NCBI GenBank assembly: GCA_965226885.1 | Contig: CBDDEL010000010.1 | Coordinates: forward strand, 105,168-169,167 | Direction: 5' to 3' | Origin: Opitutales bacterium | Lineage (GTDB): Bacteria > Verrucomicrobiota > Verrucomicrobiia > Opitutales > UBA2987 | Length of the DNA stretch: 64,000 bases | Part shown: piece by piece, positions 22,689 through 33,184 of the stretch | Layout of the letters: every line of letters starts with the position of its first letter | Numbering within the stretch: position 1 is the stretch's first letter | Program-made: the position numbers and the translations under genes | Notes under the pieces: model-generated | Database searches by the model: none | What the model was told of the DNA's origin: nothing | What the model saw: the letters and a program-made list of their open reading frames with translations, nothing else

Positions 22689-24170
22689 CTAGGCCGCCGC
22701 TTTGGTTTTTAGTTCGTCTTGCTGGGCCAGCATCTTGGCTACTTTCCATAGGTTGTGCGAGAGTACCGACCAGGCTACGCTGATCGAGCGGTTGGCAAAG
22801 CCTTTGCTGCGCAACCGCCCGGCCTGCCAGCGATTCTTCAATACCCCGATCCGCCCTTCGGTGCTGGCCCGGCGCTTTTGCAATTGTCTGAACAGTGGTT
22901 CCTCCATCCGGTTTTTCAACTGCTTCGGATCGCGTGGACAGAGCGCGTCGTAGATTCCCTCCTGGGCTAACTGCCGGCGGGCCCGCTGGGAGGCAAATCC
23001 CCGGTCCGCGCACATGGCCGCTATGGGTTCTTCCAGGTTGAAGCGGTTCTGTCTTTGCAAACTCTCTTGCATTTGTTCATTTTCGCTTGGAGTTCGGCTG
23101 CCGTAGAGTTTCCAGTCCAGCAGGTACCCTTCAACGCTTTCTCCCAAAAACAGGGTGTTGCCGAACTCGACCTCTTGGCCCGCTTTACCTCGCACAATCA
23201 CCTGCCCATCGAGTTCGTAAACACTCAAGACTTTCTCTGCGTTTTTCACCTGGCGGCCGCCAATGATCCGCTCGTGCGCCTGTTTGATGACCACCGGGAT
23301 TTGCTCGCTCATGCGCTCCATCCGGGCGAGGATCTGTTGGACCTGTTTTTCGCTGTAATCGCTTTGCTCCCAGCAGGCTTGCAATAATTCCCGGTGACTG
23401 CGGGCATGCTCCCCGAGCCGTTTGAGCAGCTTTTTCATCTGCCTCAAGATACCCTTGCGCTGCCGCGCGCTGTCCTTTCGCCGCCGGCTGTGGGTCATCT
23501 GTATGCACAGCCGATTCATCTGCCGAGCCAAGGGCTCCGGTTCGATCGGCATGCGATGGCGCACACCGGCCTTCTCGCGGATCAGCCGGATCGCTTTGAG
23601 CAACGTGCCGGCTACATCCTTGAGTAATACCCAGTCCGTCGGCCAATGAATGTTAGCCTCCAAACAGGTGCCGTCGATCAGGCAAATGGTGGTGTCAATC
23701 GGCTTGTCCAATCCCACCTGCCGGGCCAGAAGGGCATCGCCCACCACCTCAGTCAAGGTCCGGTGCAAGGCCCTCAACTGCTCTTCGCTGAAAAACTTCG
23801 AGGCCCGCTCCAGGGTGCTTTTGGAGATGCCCCTGATGCCATCGATCTGCCGGACACGGCAAAAGTCGGCCAACAGATCGCTGCTGCCCAGAGCCCGCGA
23901 CAAATGCCGAAACGAAATCCCTCCGAGCAGACGGCCCAGCGTATCCATGCGCAGTGCCTTGATGGCAAAACTGGCCCGCTGCCGCCGGGCCTTTAGACCC
24001 ATTGGCGGCCACCCCTCCAAGGCCAGCTCAATGGCCTGCGATTCCACCTCCGAGTCGATCAGCAGCCGATCGATTCGATCAATGGTGGCGCGGAAGTTAT
24101 CGTAATCGAGGCACCGGTCGACCACAGTTAAAGCTGGACGCAGGAGGCATTGGATGGCTATATTTTTCAT
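22689..24170 (-). CDS. Transposase of IS element A (493 aa from the native ATG)
   Basis: DGTCLEANIHWPTD, GKAGQEVEFG, ADRGF, RASTEGRIG, HNL. The extension to 24275 in the ORF track is read-through from inserted DNA. Confidence 0.88.
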   Translation of the reverse strand: MKNIAIQCLLRPALTVVDRCLDYDNFRATIDRIDRLLIDSEVESQAIELALEGWPPMGLKARRQRASFAIKALRMDTLGRLLGGISFRHLSRALGSSDLLADFCRVRQIDGIRGISKSTLERASKFFSEEQLRALHRTLTEVVGDALLARQVGLDKPIDTTICLIDGTCLEANIHWPTDWVLLKDVAGTLLKAIRLIREKAGVRHRMPIEPEPLARQMNRLCIQMTHSRRRKDSARQRKGILRQMKKLLKRLGEHARSHRELLQACWEQSDYSEKQVQQILARMERMSEQIPVVIKQAHERIIGGRQVKNAEKVLSVYELDGQVIVRGKAGQEVEFGNTLFLGESVEGYLLDWKLYGSRTPSENEQMQESLQRQNRFNLEEPIAAMCADRGFASQRARRQLAQEGIYDALCPRDPKQLKNRMEEPLFRQLQKRRASTEGRIGVLKNRWQAGRLRSKGFANRSISVAWSVLSHNLWKVAKMLAQQDELKTKAAA

Positions 24171-24183
24171 AGAAAGGGCTATA

Positions 24184-24375
24184 GGCGGATCCTCCAGCAG
24201 TTGGTCTTCGAGCCCCTGCCGGAACTCTCCGTCCCAGGCATTTTCTCCGGGCAGGCACTTGATCCGCTCCACCAAAAACTCCCCGCCCTGCGCGCGAGAT
24301 CAAGCATGAGTTCAGGCCCCACCTGACTCTTCATCGCTCCGCGTCGAGTCCGTATGACGTTTCTCGTCTTCTATA
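24184..24375 (-). pseudogene. N-terminal fragment of a gene cut at the unit boundary, possibly a PLP-dependent decarboxylase
   Basis: MLDLARRAG / EFLVERIKCLPGENAWDGEFRQGLEDQLLEDPP across a frameshift. Resemblance recalled, not verified. Confidence 0.35.
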
Positions 24376-24388
24376 TTCGGTGTCACAA

Positions 24389-24658
24389 CTAACTGCGGCG
24401 TGATGCTTTAGATAACACAACAGAATTTTCGATGGGTTTCGTTTCCCATGGCCCGTTTCTCGAACTGCCTTTCGACCCGCTCACTCCTCCTTCGTCGAGC
24501 CGCCCCGCCCAATACGAACCGTCCCGGACTGTCGCAAAGATAAACGGCCACCTGGGCCACCTGATGAGCACTCGTCCCCTGGCTACCAACAATAGGCCAT
24601 GAAGGCGATGCTCGTAGGAAGATTGCTCGCTTCGACGGATTTCACCTTGCAAGACCAA
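24389..24658 (-). pseudogene. Degenerate transposase N-terminus (IS630-like HTH)
   Basis: LQGEIRRSEQSSYEHRLHGLLLVARG. Confidence 0.5.
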
Positions 24659-24779
24659 GCTAGGGGCGCGCCACGGGCAGCCATCCCTGCACCGGCGTGC
24701 CCAACCGGATAGCGCCCCGCGTCTTCAGCGATGCGGCTTGCGATACGGTTGGCGGCGGCCTTGAGGGAACCGTAGGCGA

Positions 24780-24908
24780 GGTGGGTGTAGCGGCGGCGGT
24801 CTGCACCTTGTTGTGCCGGAGCAGGTTTCCAATCATGGGCAGCGCCTCGCCGACCGGAAACCCGTTTCTGGCATAGCTATGTCCAAAAGGTCGTAAATGC
24901 GCTACCAA
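24780..24908 (-). pseudogene. Tyrosine recombinase C-terminal remnant
   Basis: HSYA...GEALPMIGNLLRHNKVQT resembles box II of phage integrases. Confidence 0.55.
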
Positions 24909-24996
24909 AGCTCACGAAAAGAGGCGTGCCGCGCTTGAAGTCGGGCATCACCCGGGGGGGTTGCCTTCCTAAAGTGCGCCGCGGCGCTGAAGCTCT

Positions 24997-27558
24997 TCAA
25001 AAACTGTAGCCGAGCTTTCCGTACCAGAAGGCGCCATCAAACCCAAAGGGGCAGAACTGGCCGTATTTGTTGCCAGTAGTCGCGGCGGACTTCGGATTTT
25101 CGTCAGGGTAATTGTTGAAGACGTTCTGAGCGCCCGCCGTTAAGGTGATTCGATCCGTAAGGGAGTAGTTGACTTCGAAATCAACGAGGAATTCGTCTCC
25201 GTAGGTTTGACTATCCTCGGAATCATGCCAGGAACTATAGTAACGGCCGCGGCCCAGCAGATTCCAGCGATCCAGCATGGGCTGCGTCAGGGTTATGGTT
25301 GCCCGATGCCTGGGAAGACCCTCCTGTAATTCCCGGATGCGGACGTCGTTTATCGTCTCGGGGCTGAACTGGGTGACTTCCGTATTCGTGTAGTTATAAC
25401 CGAGGCTCAGTTCACCCTCCCGCACTCCGGTCGACAGAACGACGTCGATGCCGCGGGTTTCCGTGTCAAAGTCATTGATGAAAAAGACGTACTCCACCAG
25501 ATTGTAGGCGTCGGTGATGCCCGTAGCGAACAATTGATCGCGCTCTGCATCCGTAAACTCGAAGTCCTGTGAGAGCGACATGCGGTTCTTCACGTCGATG
25601 CCGAAATAATCGACCGTGATTACCGTATTGCCCATATCGACAACGAAGCCGATACTGAAGTTGGTCGATTTTTCAGGCGTGAGCGCCTCGCCGCCCCTCC
25701 CCATCGCAACGGGATTGGTGGGAGGAATCACGGCCCTGGTGATTAGTTCCATTCGGTCCGCTTGAAATTCAGTGGTTACGTTGAAAGCGTTTTGCTGACC
25801 GGGAGTGGGGGCCCGGAAACCGGTGTTGAAGCTCCCGCGCACCTTCAGATTCTCGTTGATGCCGTAGGTGGTCGCCAGCTTATAGTTGATTGTGCCTCCG
25901 AAATCATTGAATTCTTCATAGCGCAAAGCGGCGGCAACCAACCAGTCGTCGGTCAGCTCGTATTCCGCGTCCACGTAGACGGCATAGTTGGAGCGGTCCC
26001 ATATACCGGCGGCGCTATCACCGAAACCCGAGAAACCGTTGGAAGCACCCCTGAATCCCTGCTGATGCAGAGCCTGGCCGATCGCATATGACTCGGGTTG
26101 CCCCCTCACGATTTCAAACTCCTCGACACGGTATTCGAAGCCACTGGCGAGGAACAACTGCTCGCTTAGCGGATAGGTCACGCCAAAGTTGAGGTTGATT
26201 TCGGTCTGAATATAATCACCGGGATCGAAATAAGTCGGAGTATCGGGGCCGAGAGAGGCGTTGACGGTATTAAAGATAAAGAAATCAGTGTGATGACGCC
26301 CGTAAGCAGCGCTGAAATCCAAGCCGAGTTTCGATCCGGTTGTTCTCACCCCGGCGACAATGGATTGGTCCTTCGCGTACCCGCCAAAGCGGGGCGTGAA
26401 ACCGCCGGGGAAGAGTTCCTGAAAGGTGAACAGATTGGGATCGTCGAACACCTGTTGCAAAGCGACGGGGTCCGGCACATGGTTAGTTATCGTTACCACA
26501 GGGACCTTGGACTCATCGCCATCCAAAGCGCCCACCAGCAACGTTTTTCCGGCGTCATTACTGAATACGCCGCGTCGCGTATTGGGATTGCGGTAATAGA
26601 ACCCGCCCTCCACTTCCTTGCTCGCGTAGTTGGCATGACCGTAGAACTCGAGGTTCCCGCCTATGGCGGCGCCGTAATTGGCAAACAATTTGAGATCGTC
26701 CCGAACGAAGGGTTGACCCCAGATTTGAGCGGGATTCGCCACCTCGCTGTTTCCCACCGCGATCAGAGCAGCGGCGTCATCTCGCTGCACGGAGCGGATG
26801 GTCTCGCCAGAGTTGCCGTACTCCCCGCTGAGATTGATCCAGGCCTTTTCGCTGCCCAAGCCGATATTGCCGGCGATGGAAACTGCTTCGCCGCCACCGT
26901 CCTGGTAAATCCCCGTTCGAACGATGAGAGACCCTCCTTCGTAACTGTCGTTGAGCTCGAAGTTCAACACCCCCGCAATGGCATCGGAACCGTACTGCGC
27001 CGAAGCTCCGTCGCGCAGCACTTCAATCCGTTTCAGAGCGAGCGCGGGAATGGGGGCTACATCGGGCCCCTGTGCGCCATCGGCGACGCCGTTGCCCAAC
27101 CAGTGAATCACGGACGCGCGGTGGCGGCGCTTGCCGTTGATGAGCACCAGCGTATGGTCCGGCGGCAGCCCGCGTATATTGAGCGGCCGAACGATCGTCG
27201 AGGAGTCGCTGATCGGCTGGGTATTGACGTTGTAAGAGGGGATGACGTTCCTCAATAGATCCTGTAAATCAGTGAAGCCTTGCATGGTGAGGGATTCGCC
27301 GGCGAATGTATCGACGGGCACCGCTGAATCAACCACCGAACGCGGCTCCGCCCGCGAACCGATGATGACCAGTTCTTCGAGGACCTGCAGATTCTCGGAG
27401 TCGTCCCGGGGCTCGGACGGGGCTGGGGTCGAGTGAACGCTTTCGGGCTGCAGCACCTCCTGCGCGAAGGCATTTAAAGGAAGCAATGCAAGTATGGTAA
27501 GAGTAATTGTAGAAAGTCTCATTGGTATCTGAATATGACCATTACACCACTCAACCAA
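24997..27558 (-). CDS. TonB-dependent outer-membrane receptor (intact)
   Basis: Signal peptide, LEELVIIGSR TonB box, plug motifs LVLINGKR and RIEVLRDGASAQYGSDAIAGVLN, C-terminal LGYSF. Start may be MRLSTIT. Confidence 0.95.
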   Translation of the reverse strand: MVEWCNGHIQIPMRLSTITLTILALLPLNAFAQEVLQPESVHSTPAPSEPRDDSENLQVLEELVIIGSRAEPRSVVDSAVPVDTFAGESLTMQGFTDLQDLLRNVIPSYNVNTQPISDSSTIVRPLNIRGLPPDHTLVLINGKRRHRASVIHWLGNGVADGAQGPDVAPIPALALKRIEVLRDGASAQYGSDAIAGVLNFELNDSYEGGSLIVRTGIYQDGGGEAVSIAGNIGLGSEKAWINLSGEYGNSGETIRSVQRDDAAALIAVGNSEVANPAQIWGQPFVRDDLKLFANYGAAIGGNLEFYGHANYASKEVEGGFYYRNPNTRRGVFSNDAGKTLLVGALDGDESKVPVVTITNHVPDPVALQQVFDDPNLFTFQELFPGGFTPRFGGYAKDQSIVAGVRTTGSKLGLDFSAAYGRHHTDFFIFNTVNASLGPDTPTYFDPGDYIQTEINLNFGVTYPLSEQLFLASGFEYRVEEFEIVRGQPESYAIGQALHQQGFRGASNGFSGFGDSAAGIWDRSNYAVYVDAEYELTDDWLVAAALRYEEFNDFGGTINYKLATTYGINENLKVRGSFNTGFRAPTPGQQNAFNVTTEFQADRMELITRAVIPPTNPVAMGRGGEALTPEKSTNFSIGFVVDMGNTVITVDYFGIDVKNRMSLSQDFEFTDAERDQLFATGITDAYNLVEYVFFINDFDTETRGIDVVLSTGVREGELSLGYNYTNTEVTQFSPETINDVRIRELQEGLPRHRATITLTQPMLDRWNLLGRGRYYSSWHDSEDSQTYGDEFLVDFEVNYSLTDRITLTAGAQNVFNNYPDENPKSAATTGNKYGQFCPFGFDGAFWYGKLGYSF

Positions 27559-27603
27559 CTCGAGGTCAAGTCCGGATTCTACTGCCAGGGTAGAAAGATT
27601 CTA

Positions 27604-27947
27604 GGTTCCTCGACGTTTTCAGTGGTACATTGCGGAGGGGATGTTGAGTTTACCGACGGCGAAGTGGAGCATGGTGATTAGCTTCTTTAGTGGTGTGATG
27701 GCCTCTGGCTTTGCGTTTGGTTGCGCTAAAGACACTGTTGAGTTCTTCAATGCAGGTATTGGTGAAGTGCGATTCCCAGTGGGCGAGGGTTTCCTCTTGG
27801 TGATTTTCGATTATGTTGGCCCATGGGTTTAAGGAAGCCTCGCCATGATGCTTACACATTGCGGTAATAACGTTCGAAATAGGTACTCAGGTTGCGTCTT
27901 CTCAGTAAAGGATATTGTGCCAGTACCACTGAAAACGTCGAGGAACC
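27604..27947 (-). mobile_element. ISL3-derived miniature element (344 bp)
   Basis: Perfect 25-bp IRs GGTTCCTCGACGTTTTCAGTGGTAC; 8-bp TSD AGATTCTA (27596-27603, 27948-27955); residual ISL3 C-terminal peptide TNTCIEELNSVFSATKRKARG. Confidence 0.88.
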
Positions 27948-28050
27948 AGATTCTAAGACGCAACTAGCTGATAAGCAGCTGATAAGCAAAAAGATAAAAA
28001 AAGAGCTAGACAATCCCGAATAAATCAGTCATGTTAAGATGGTATGAAAG

Positions 28051-29750
28051 CCGAGATTTCCCATATGAACATTCGTAATCGTTGAAAATAGCTACTTTCT
28101 AATATTTCGATCCAATTTTCTGCTTTCAATGTGATTTTGCAATCCTTTCCTTGGTTATTTGATGATCAAATCGGCAGTATTTAACAATTATTGCTGATTT
28201 TCCCTTTGCTTGGTCAAATCAGGGAAAGATATTTCCTTCTGTTGGAGGTTTCCACAGCACTGATTCCCACAGCACTGATTCCTTTTGTATCGAAAAATCT
28301 TCTTACTCACCCCGTATCAGGTGCGAGTCGCAGTCGCTCTACTCGCTTGAGCATGGTTCGAAACATTTCTCTTGGGATGGCCACCTCAGCCATCTGGAAA
28401 GTGATATACTTGGCATGGTGGATCACCTTTGCTCCGATTTTGATGAGTTTCTCCCGCAAAGAGCTCAGCATCTAGTGCTTCACCTTGCCAGGAAGAATCA
28501 ACCGGCGCATGAAGTTGCCCAGATTGTAGGCTAAGCCGAAGAGCTGAAGCCGAACGGCATTGTCCTCAAAGTCATGGCAGGACAAGCGGGTCCAGTGGAT
28601 GGCATGTTTGCCCTCTTTGATCCACTGCTCTGCGGTGCCCCGGTGGTTGTAAAATTTCACTACCTTCCTGGGTGGCCAGTTCAGATTTGTCACGATGAAA
28701 CCGACCCGCGCAAATAACTCTCCGGCCTGCCACTCGACCTTGGCCACCACCCGGCGAGGTCTCTGCCAACTAGCGGCTTGATACGGAAAACTGGCATAAA
28801 ACACCTTGGGTGCCCACGAGGGTCGCCCCACTGGCCGAGTGAGTAAAGGGGCGATATGTTTTTGTAAAATCGTGTTGCTCTGCAGCCGAATGGCATAGGA
28901 GAAGTTCTCTTGCTCAAGGTAACCGTAGAGGTCCGGATTGGCGAAGGCTGCGTCACCTCGGAAAAATCGTTTCAGGGGACAGTCACGATAGCGGGCAACG
29001 ACCGGTTGGAGCACCGACAACCAATCGTCGGCACTGTGCACATTGCCTTTACGCAGGTTGGCCCGTTCCAGATCACCAAACTGGTTGAAGCAGAACAGGG
29101 GATGGTAACAGGTGCAGCCGAAATGACCGTTGAAGGCTGAGCCTTCCTGCTTCCCGTAAGTAGGGCTCTCCGAACTATCCATATCGAGAATCAATTTTTT
29201 CATCCCCACTCGCCTATTCACCTGGTCGATCCATTGACCACTCATGTCCATCAGTGCGCTCAGATTCGCAGGCTTGGTTAACATCTGTGTTTCAAAGCGG
29301 CTCATTTCACTGGGCGAAGCCGCCGGTTGCCAATCGGCACGACCCCCGACAATCTGCCTCATGACCGGATCAAAGCGCAGGCGCTCCGCATCGTTCGTAT
29401 CTTTGTATCCTGCCAGGCGACTAAAGACAGACTGCCGAAGCAGAGCCGTTCTGCCGTGCTGGATATTTTTGCCCGTGCGCTCCTCCACCACATTTTTGCT
29501 TCCTATTGCAGTCAGCCCGAAAGCCTCATCGAGTTCCCGGTAGAGTAACAATCCTGCATCACTGGTAACCTTCGCACCGTGGAACTCCAACTTGATTCGG
29601 CGGTTGAATTGAACCCGAAAACTGCTCTTTTTTGCGTCACCCATTGGATTTTAAGAATTTGCTCGTTATAAGTATATTTAAGTAACTTATTATTAAACAC
29701 ATAGCGCTTATTTCAAGCTAATTTTCTTATGATGAAATGGGAAATATGGG
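28051..29750 (-). mobile_element. IS1380 type 2 element
   Basis: IRR CCGAGATTTCCCAT at 28051; IRL CCCATATTTCCCAT (reverse strand) ending at 29750; 12 of 14 positions match. Confidence 0.9.
28307..29644 (-). pseudogene. IS1380 type 2 transposase with a premature stop
   Basis: TAG at 28472 where copy 2 has TGG; motifs TSDAGLLL, LDMDSS, RGDAAF, RGTAEQWIKEGK. Confidence 0.88.
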
Positions 29751-29882
29751 CTATATTGATTTTCGCTAACTCAATTATAGAACCCTTTTTTGGCCGGATC
29801 GAGCAAAAACTTGCTCTTTCCGGCTCTTTTTATCAACGTCATCCAGTTGACTATAAAATCTTTATATTTTTGGGACAGCCTC

Positions 29883-29976
29883 TAGGTACAGATTGTTTTG
29901 CGTTCCGACTGCAAGACGTTAGGGAACCGGTTAAAATGGCACATAAGCAAAGACTGCTTACTATTCGAGTATTCAT
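29883..29976 (-). pseudogene. Truncated lipoprotein gene, putative first integron cassette
   Basis: MNTRIVSSLCLCAILTGSLTSCSRNAKQSVP: signal peptide with an LTSC lipobox, cut by element A. Confidence 0.6.
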
Positions 29977-30000
29977 AATGTTCCACCTGTTGTTATTTTC

Positions 30001-30035
30001 ATCTAACTATATGTAGGCGGCAAATACGCCGCGAC
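30001..30035 (-). other. attI: Putative attI recombination site
   Basis: Minus strand GCCGCCTACATATAGTTAGAT contains a GTTRRRY core, lies upstream of and divergent from intI, and is followed by an RBS-like sequence and ATG. Confidence 0.55.
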
Positions 30036-30203
30036 AATTATGTACATTATCCTTTCGGCCAATTTATTCAATAATATTCGTAAATCTATGATAAACAACA
30101 GGATCACAAGGTTATGCCTGAAAAGGAGCAAAATGATATGCGTCATTTCTGCCGCCTAATTGAAAACAATTACGCCGCCTATTAAATAAATTAATTAAAT
30201 GCG

Positions 30204-30230
30204 TTGACGCATCATTTTATATATATACAT
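30204..30230 (+). promoter_or_regulatory. Putative sigma-70 promoter of intI
   Basis: TTGACG followed by an AT-rich -10-like TATATA/TATACA about 17 bp downstream. Confidence 0.45.
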
Positions 30231-30912
30231 TTGTTCACTTATTATGCAATTTACTTCTCCAAAATTGAAATTTCTCGACCTTCTACGACATGAGATTCGC
30301 GGCCGGCACTACAGCTACAGAACCGAGCAAGCCTATGTTTACTGGACCAAAAGGTATATCCTGCACCATCACAAAAGACATCCTAAGGATATGGTGGCCA
30401 AAGAGATAAAGGAATTCCTAGCTTATTTAAGCGTCAATAAGCATGTTTCGGCAAGCACACAAAACCAGGCTTTCAGCGCCCTAATTTTCCTCTACCGGGA
30501 ATTCCTTAAGGTCGATCCGGAGCGAATTGAAGGGGTGATACGTTCAAAAAGACCAAAGCGAATACCTACAGTATTGTCACGCGAAGAGGTTCAAGCGATT
30601 TTCAGCAGTATGGAAGGAGTTCCACAGTTGATTGCCAAATTGTTGTATGGTAGCGGATTGCGTCTGAGGGAGGCTCTCTGTTTAAGAATTAAAGATGTCG
30701 ACTGGCACCTGAATCAAATCACCATAATCGACGGCAAAGTGTAAACGCCGGGATGAAACCGGTACGGGGGTCGGGGTAAAACCGGTACGCTTGGAATAAG
30801 GTTTAGGTTAGTAATTGCAGGTACGTCAAGGTTTAGGGTTTGGGAGTTGGTTTTGGGGATTGGCTTGGGGTCGGTGAGGAGGCCGGAGGCCGACGAGCCG
30901 GGCCCAAGGCGT

Positions 30913-31680
30913 TTATTGTTTTGTGCCACGGCGACGGCGTCGAGCATCGCGCAAGCGGTAGCTTTGCCCGTTGGCTTCGAGGATATGCACCCGATGGGTG
31001 AGTCGGTCCAGCAGAGCTCCGGTGAGCCGTTCGGAACCGAGCACTTCGATCCAGTTCTCAAAGGGCAGGTTGGTGGTGACGATGAGACTGGTGCGCTCGT
31101 AAGCGCGGCTGACCACGTCGAAGAGCAGTTCGGAACCGGTCTTGGAAAAAGGGACGTAACCGAGTTCGTCGAGGATGAGTAGGTCGAGCCTTTCGAGTTG
31201 CTTCATGAAGCGCTGCAGGTCGTGGTTGTCGCGTTGCTCGAGCATATGGGTAACCAGGGCGGTGACCCCGAAGAAACGGATCCGCCGGCCCTGGGCACAG
31301 GCGGCAAAGCCCAGGGCGGTGGCCAGGTGCGTTTTACCGGTACCGGCGTTACCGAGGAGCAGCACGTTTTCGCGCTGGTCGACATACTCCCCGCGCATGA
31401 GCTCTCGGATGAGCGCTTCGTTGATCGAGGGCTGCGCTTCAAAGGCGAAGCTCTCGAGGGTCTTGAGCACGGGGAAACGGGCGTTTTTGATCCGCCGCTG
31501 GGCGGCCCGCTGTTCGCGTTCAATGAGCTCCCGTTCGACCAGATGCAACAAAAAGGCGGCGTAATCGAGCCGGTCCCGGGAACAAGCCGCGGCCACCGCC
31601 GGCCATTCGCGCAGGATGGTGGGCAACTTCAGTTTCTTGAGGTGATGGTGTAACAGCAGCTGGTTTTTTTCTTCCTTCAT
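30913..31680 (-). CDS. istB: IstB
   Basis: Identical protein to copy 1. Confidence 0.95.
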   Translation of the reverse strand: MKEEKNQLLLHHHLKKLKLPTILREWPAVAAACSRDRLDYAAFLLHLVERELIEREQRAAQRRIKNARFPVLKTLESFAFEAQPSINEALIRELMRGEYVDQRENVLLLGNAGTGKTHLATALGFAACAQGRRIRFFGVTALVTHMLEQRDNHDLQRFMKQLERLDLLILDELGYVPFSKTGSELLFDVVSRAYERTSLIVTTNLPFENWIEVLGSERLTGALLDRLTHRVHILEANGQSYRLRDARRRRRGTKQ

Positions 31681-33184
31681 AAAGCCCCTCCTGGAATCTT
31701 GAGCAGTTCGCTGTAGGCACCGAGGTCAGGGGCGGCCACACGGACGTGACGCAGGTGTGGATGGCCGTCCAGCCGGAAGGTTCTGCTCCCGTAGTCTTCC
31801 TGAGGATAGAGATACTGGGCGATGGCCTCACGAGTCAGTCCCCCCCCACCCGCAGGGCCGAGACGACGGCCTGCTGCAAGGCCGCCATGGGGTGTTTCTC
31901 CAACAGCCGCAGCACCCGGATATACTCCCGGGTGCCTTCGCCCCCGCATTGGCTTTCGAGCCGGCGTCTGAGGACCTGCAGGCACTGCGGCAACTGCCAG
32001 CCCGAGAGTGGGCGGGCGAAGTCCAAAGCGCCCGGTTTTTTCTCCAGCAAAGCCAGGTAGTGCACCGGCTCGAAAGAGACTTGCTCTTTATCCCAAATGC
32101 GGCGGTGCCGGGCCACCTCTTGGCCCCCACAGAAGATCACCACCTGCCGACAGGACCCTTCCACCACCACCGGATGGTGGGCGCAGCGCACCGGCACCGA
32201 ATAGTCGTTGCACTCGAAGCGCACCAGCGAGAGGCTGCTGACGCAGGTCGAGCGTTTGCGGCTCGCTTCAAAGGGTATGGGCGGCAACGCCAGCATGACG
32301 GCGCGCTCCTCGGCCAGCAGTTCCTTTTTCACCGCCCTTTTCCCGCGTAATTTACGCTCCATGTCCCGCTCACATGCCTCCAACAGCTTTGCGTTGAGTT
32401 CCTCCAGGTCCCGAACCTGCGGTACCGGTACCAGGAAGTTGGCCCGGGCATAACGCACGATCCCCTCGACCACGCCCTTCTCGTTGGGCCGGGCGGGCAG
32501 ACAGAAGTGTTCCTCGAACAGGTAATGGCTCTGTAGCTGCAGAAACCCGTCGGTCAGCTTGCGTTCACGCGAACCGATAATCTTACCCACCGCCACCTTC
32601 GAGTTGTCATAGCTGATGCGCCGGGGCACCGCCCCGAAAAACTCAAAAGCTCGCAGGGGCCCCTCCCAGAAGCTCTCCGTGCACTCCCGTTCGAACACCT
32701 GCACGAAAAAGGCATCGCTGTAGGGCAGGCTCATGGCAAAAAATGGCCGCCTACGCAATTGCCCCGCCTCCTTCACCAGGGCATGACCGAAGTCCACCTG
32801 TCCCTCCCCGGGGCGGTGCTCCAGCGGCACGAACACTTCCCGCCGCCTCGCTCGCAGCTCGGCCACCACCTCCTTGACCGCCGTGTAGCCCCCTTGGTAG
32901 CCCTTCTCCCGACCCAAACGCTGGTAGATCCGTTTGGCCGTATGGCGCTGCTTCTTGGGCACGTTCCGGTCCGCTTTGAGCACCTCCTCGATCCAGCCCA
33001 CATACGGATCGATCTTGCGCTCTCGCCTCTTCTTGCGCCGGTCTCCCGGCGGCTGGGAATAGGCCAGCATCTTTCCCAGGGTCTCCCAGTGCAGTCCCTC
33101 TTCTCGCATTACAGAGCGCTTGCTCTGCTTGTCCCGCAGCACTTTGTGCCGCACTCTTGTCCATTGCTTCATATCTCGATACAC
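31677..33184 (-). pseudogene. istA: IstA, frameshifted in a C-run
   Basis: The C6 run of the other copies is C8 here (about 31840-31847). Could be an assembly error. Confidence 0.8.

Larger units (their letters stand above)
24184..29750 (-). mobile_element. IS1380 type 2 transposition unit with captured cargo
   Basis: CTATA duplicated at 24179-24183 and 29751-29755; a single CTATA at the empty site 5382-5386; the right boundary coincides with the IS1380 type 2 IRL. Confidence 0.8.
22494..29882 (-). mobile_element. IS element A, copy 2, interrupted near its left end by a 5.57 kb insertion
   Basis: IR at 22494; the remainder 29756-29882 matches 5387-5513 and ends TTTTGGGACAGCCTC. Confidence 0.88.

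Noticed and set aside
24176-24183. 8-bp TSD GGGCTATA for the 5.57 kb unit
   Set aside because: The GGG at 29748-29750 belongs to the IS1380 IRL, leaving a 5-bp CTATA duplication.
24171-24275. 528-aa transposase start given in the ORF track
   Set aside because: The extension comes from inserted DNA; copy 1 shows the native start at MKNIAIQ.
27965-27990. Tandem GCTGATAAGCA x2, and the 15-bp duplication near 28252-28281
   Set aside because: Isolated two-copy slippage duplications with no further structure.
30232-30245. LexA box upstream of intI
   Set aside because: Only a TGTTC half-site. Neither TGTTC-N4-GAACA nor CTGT-N8-ACAG is complete.
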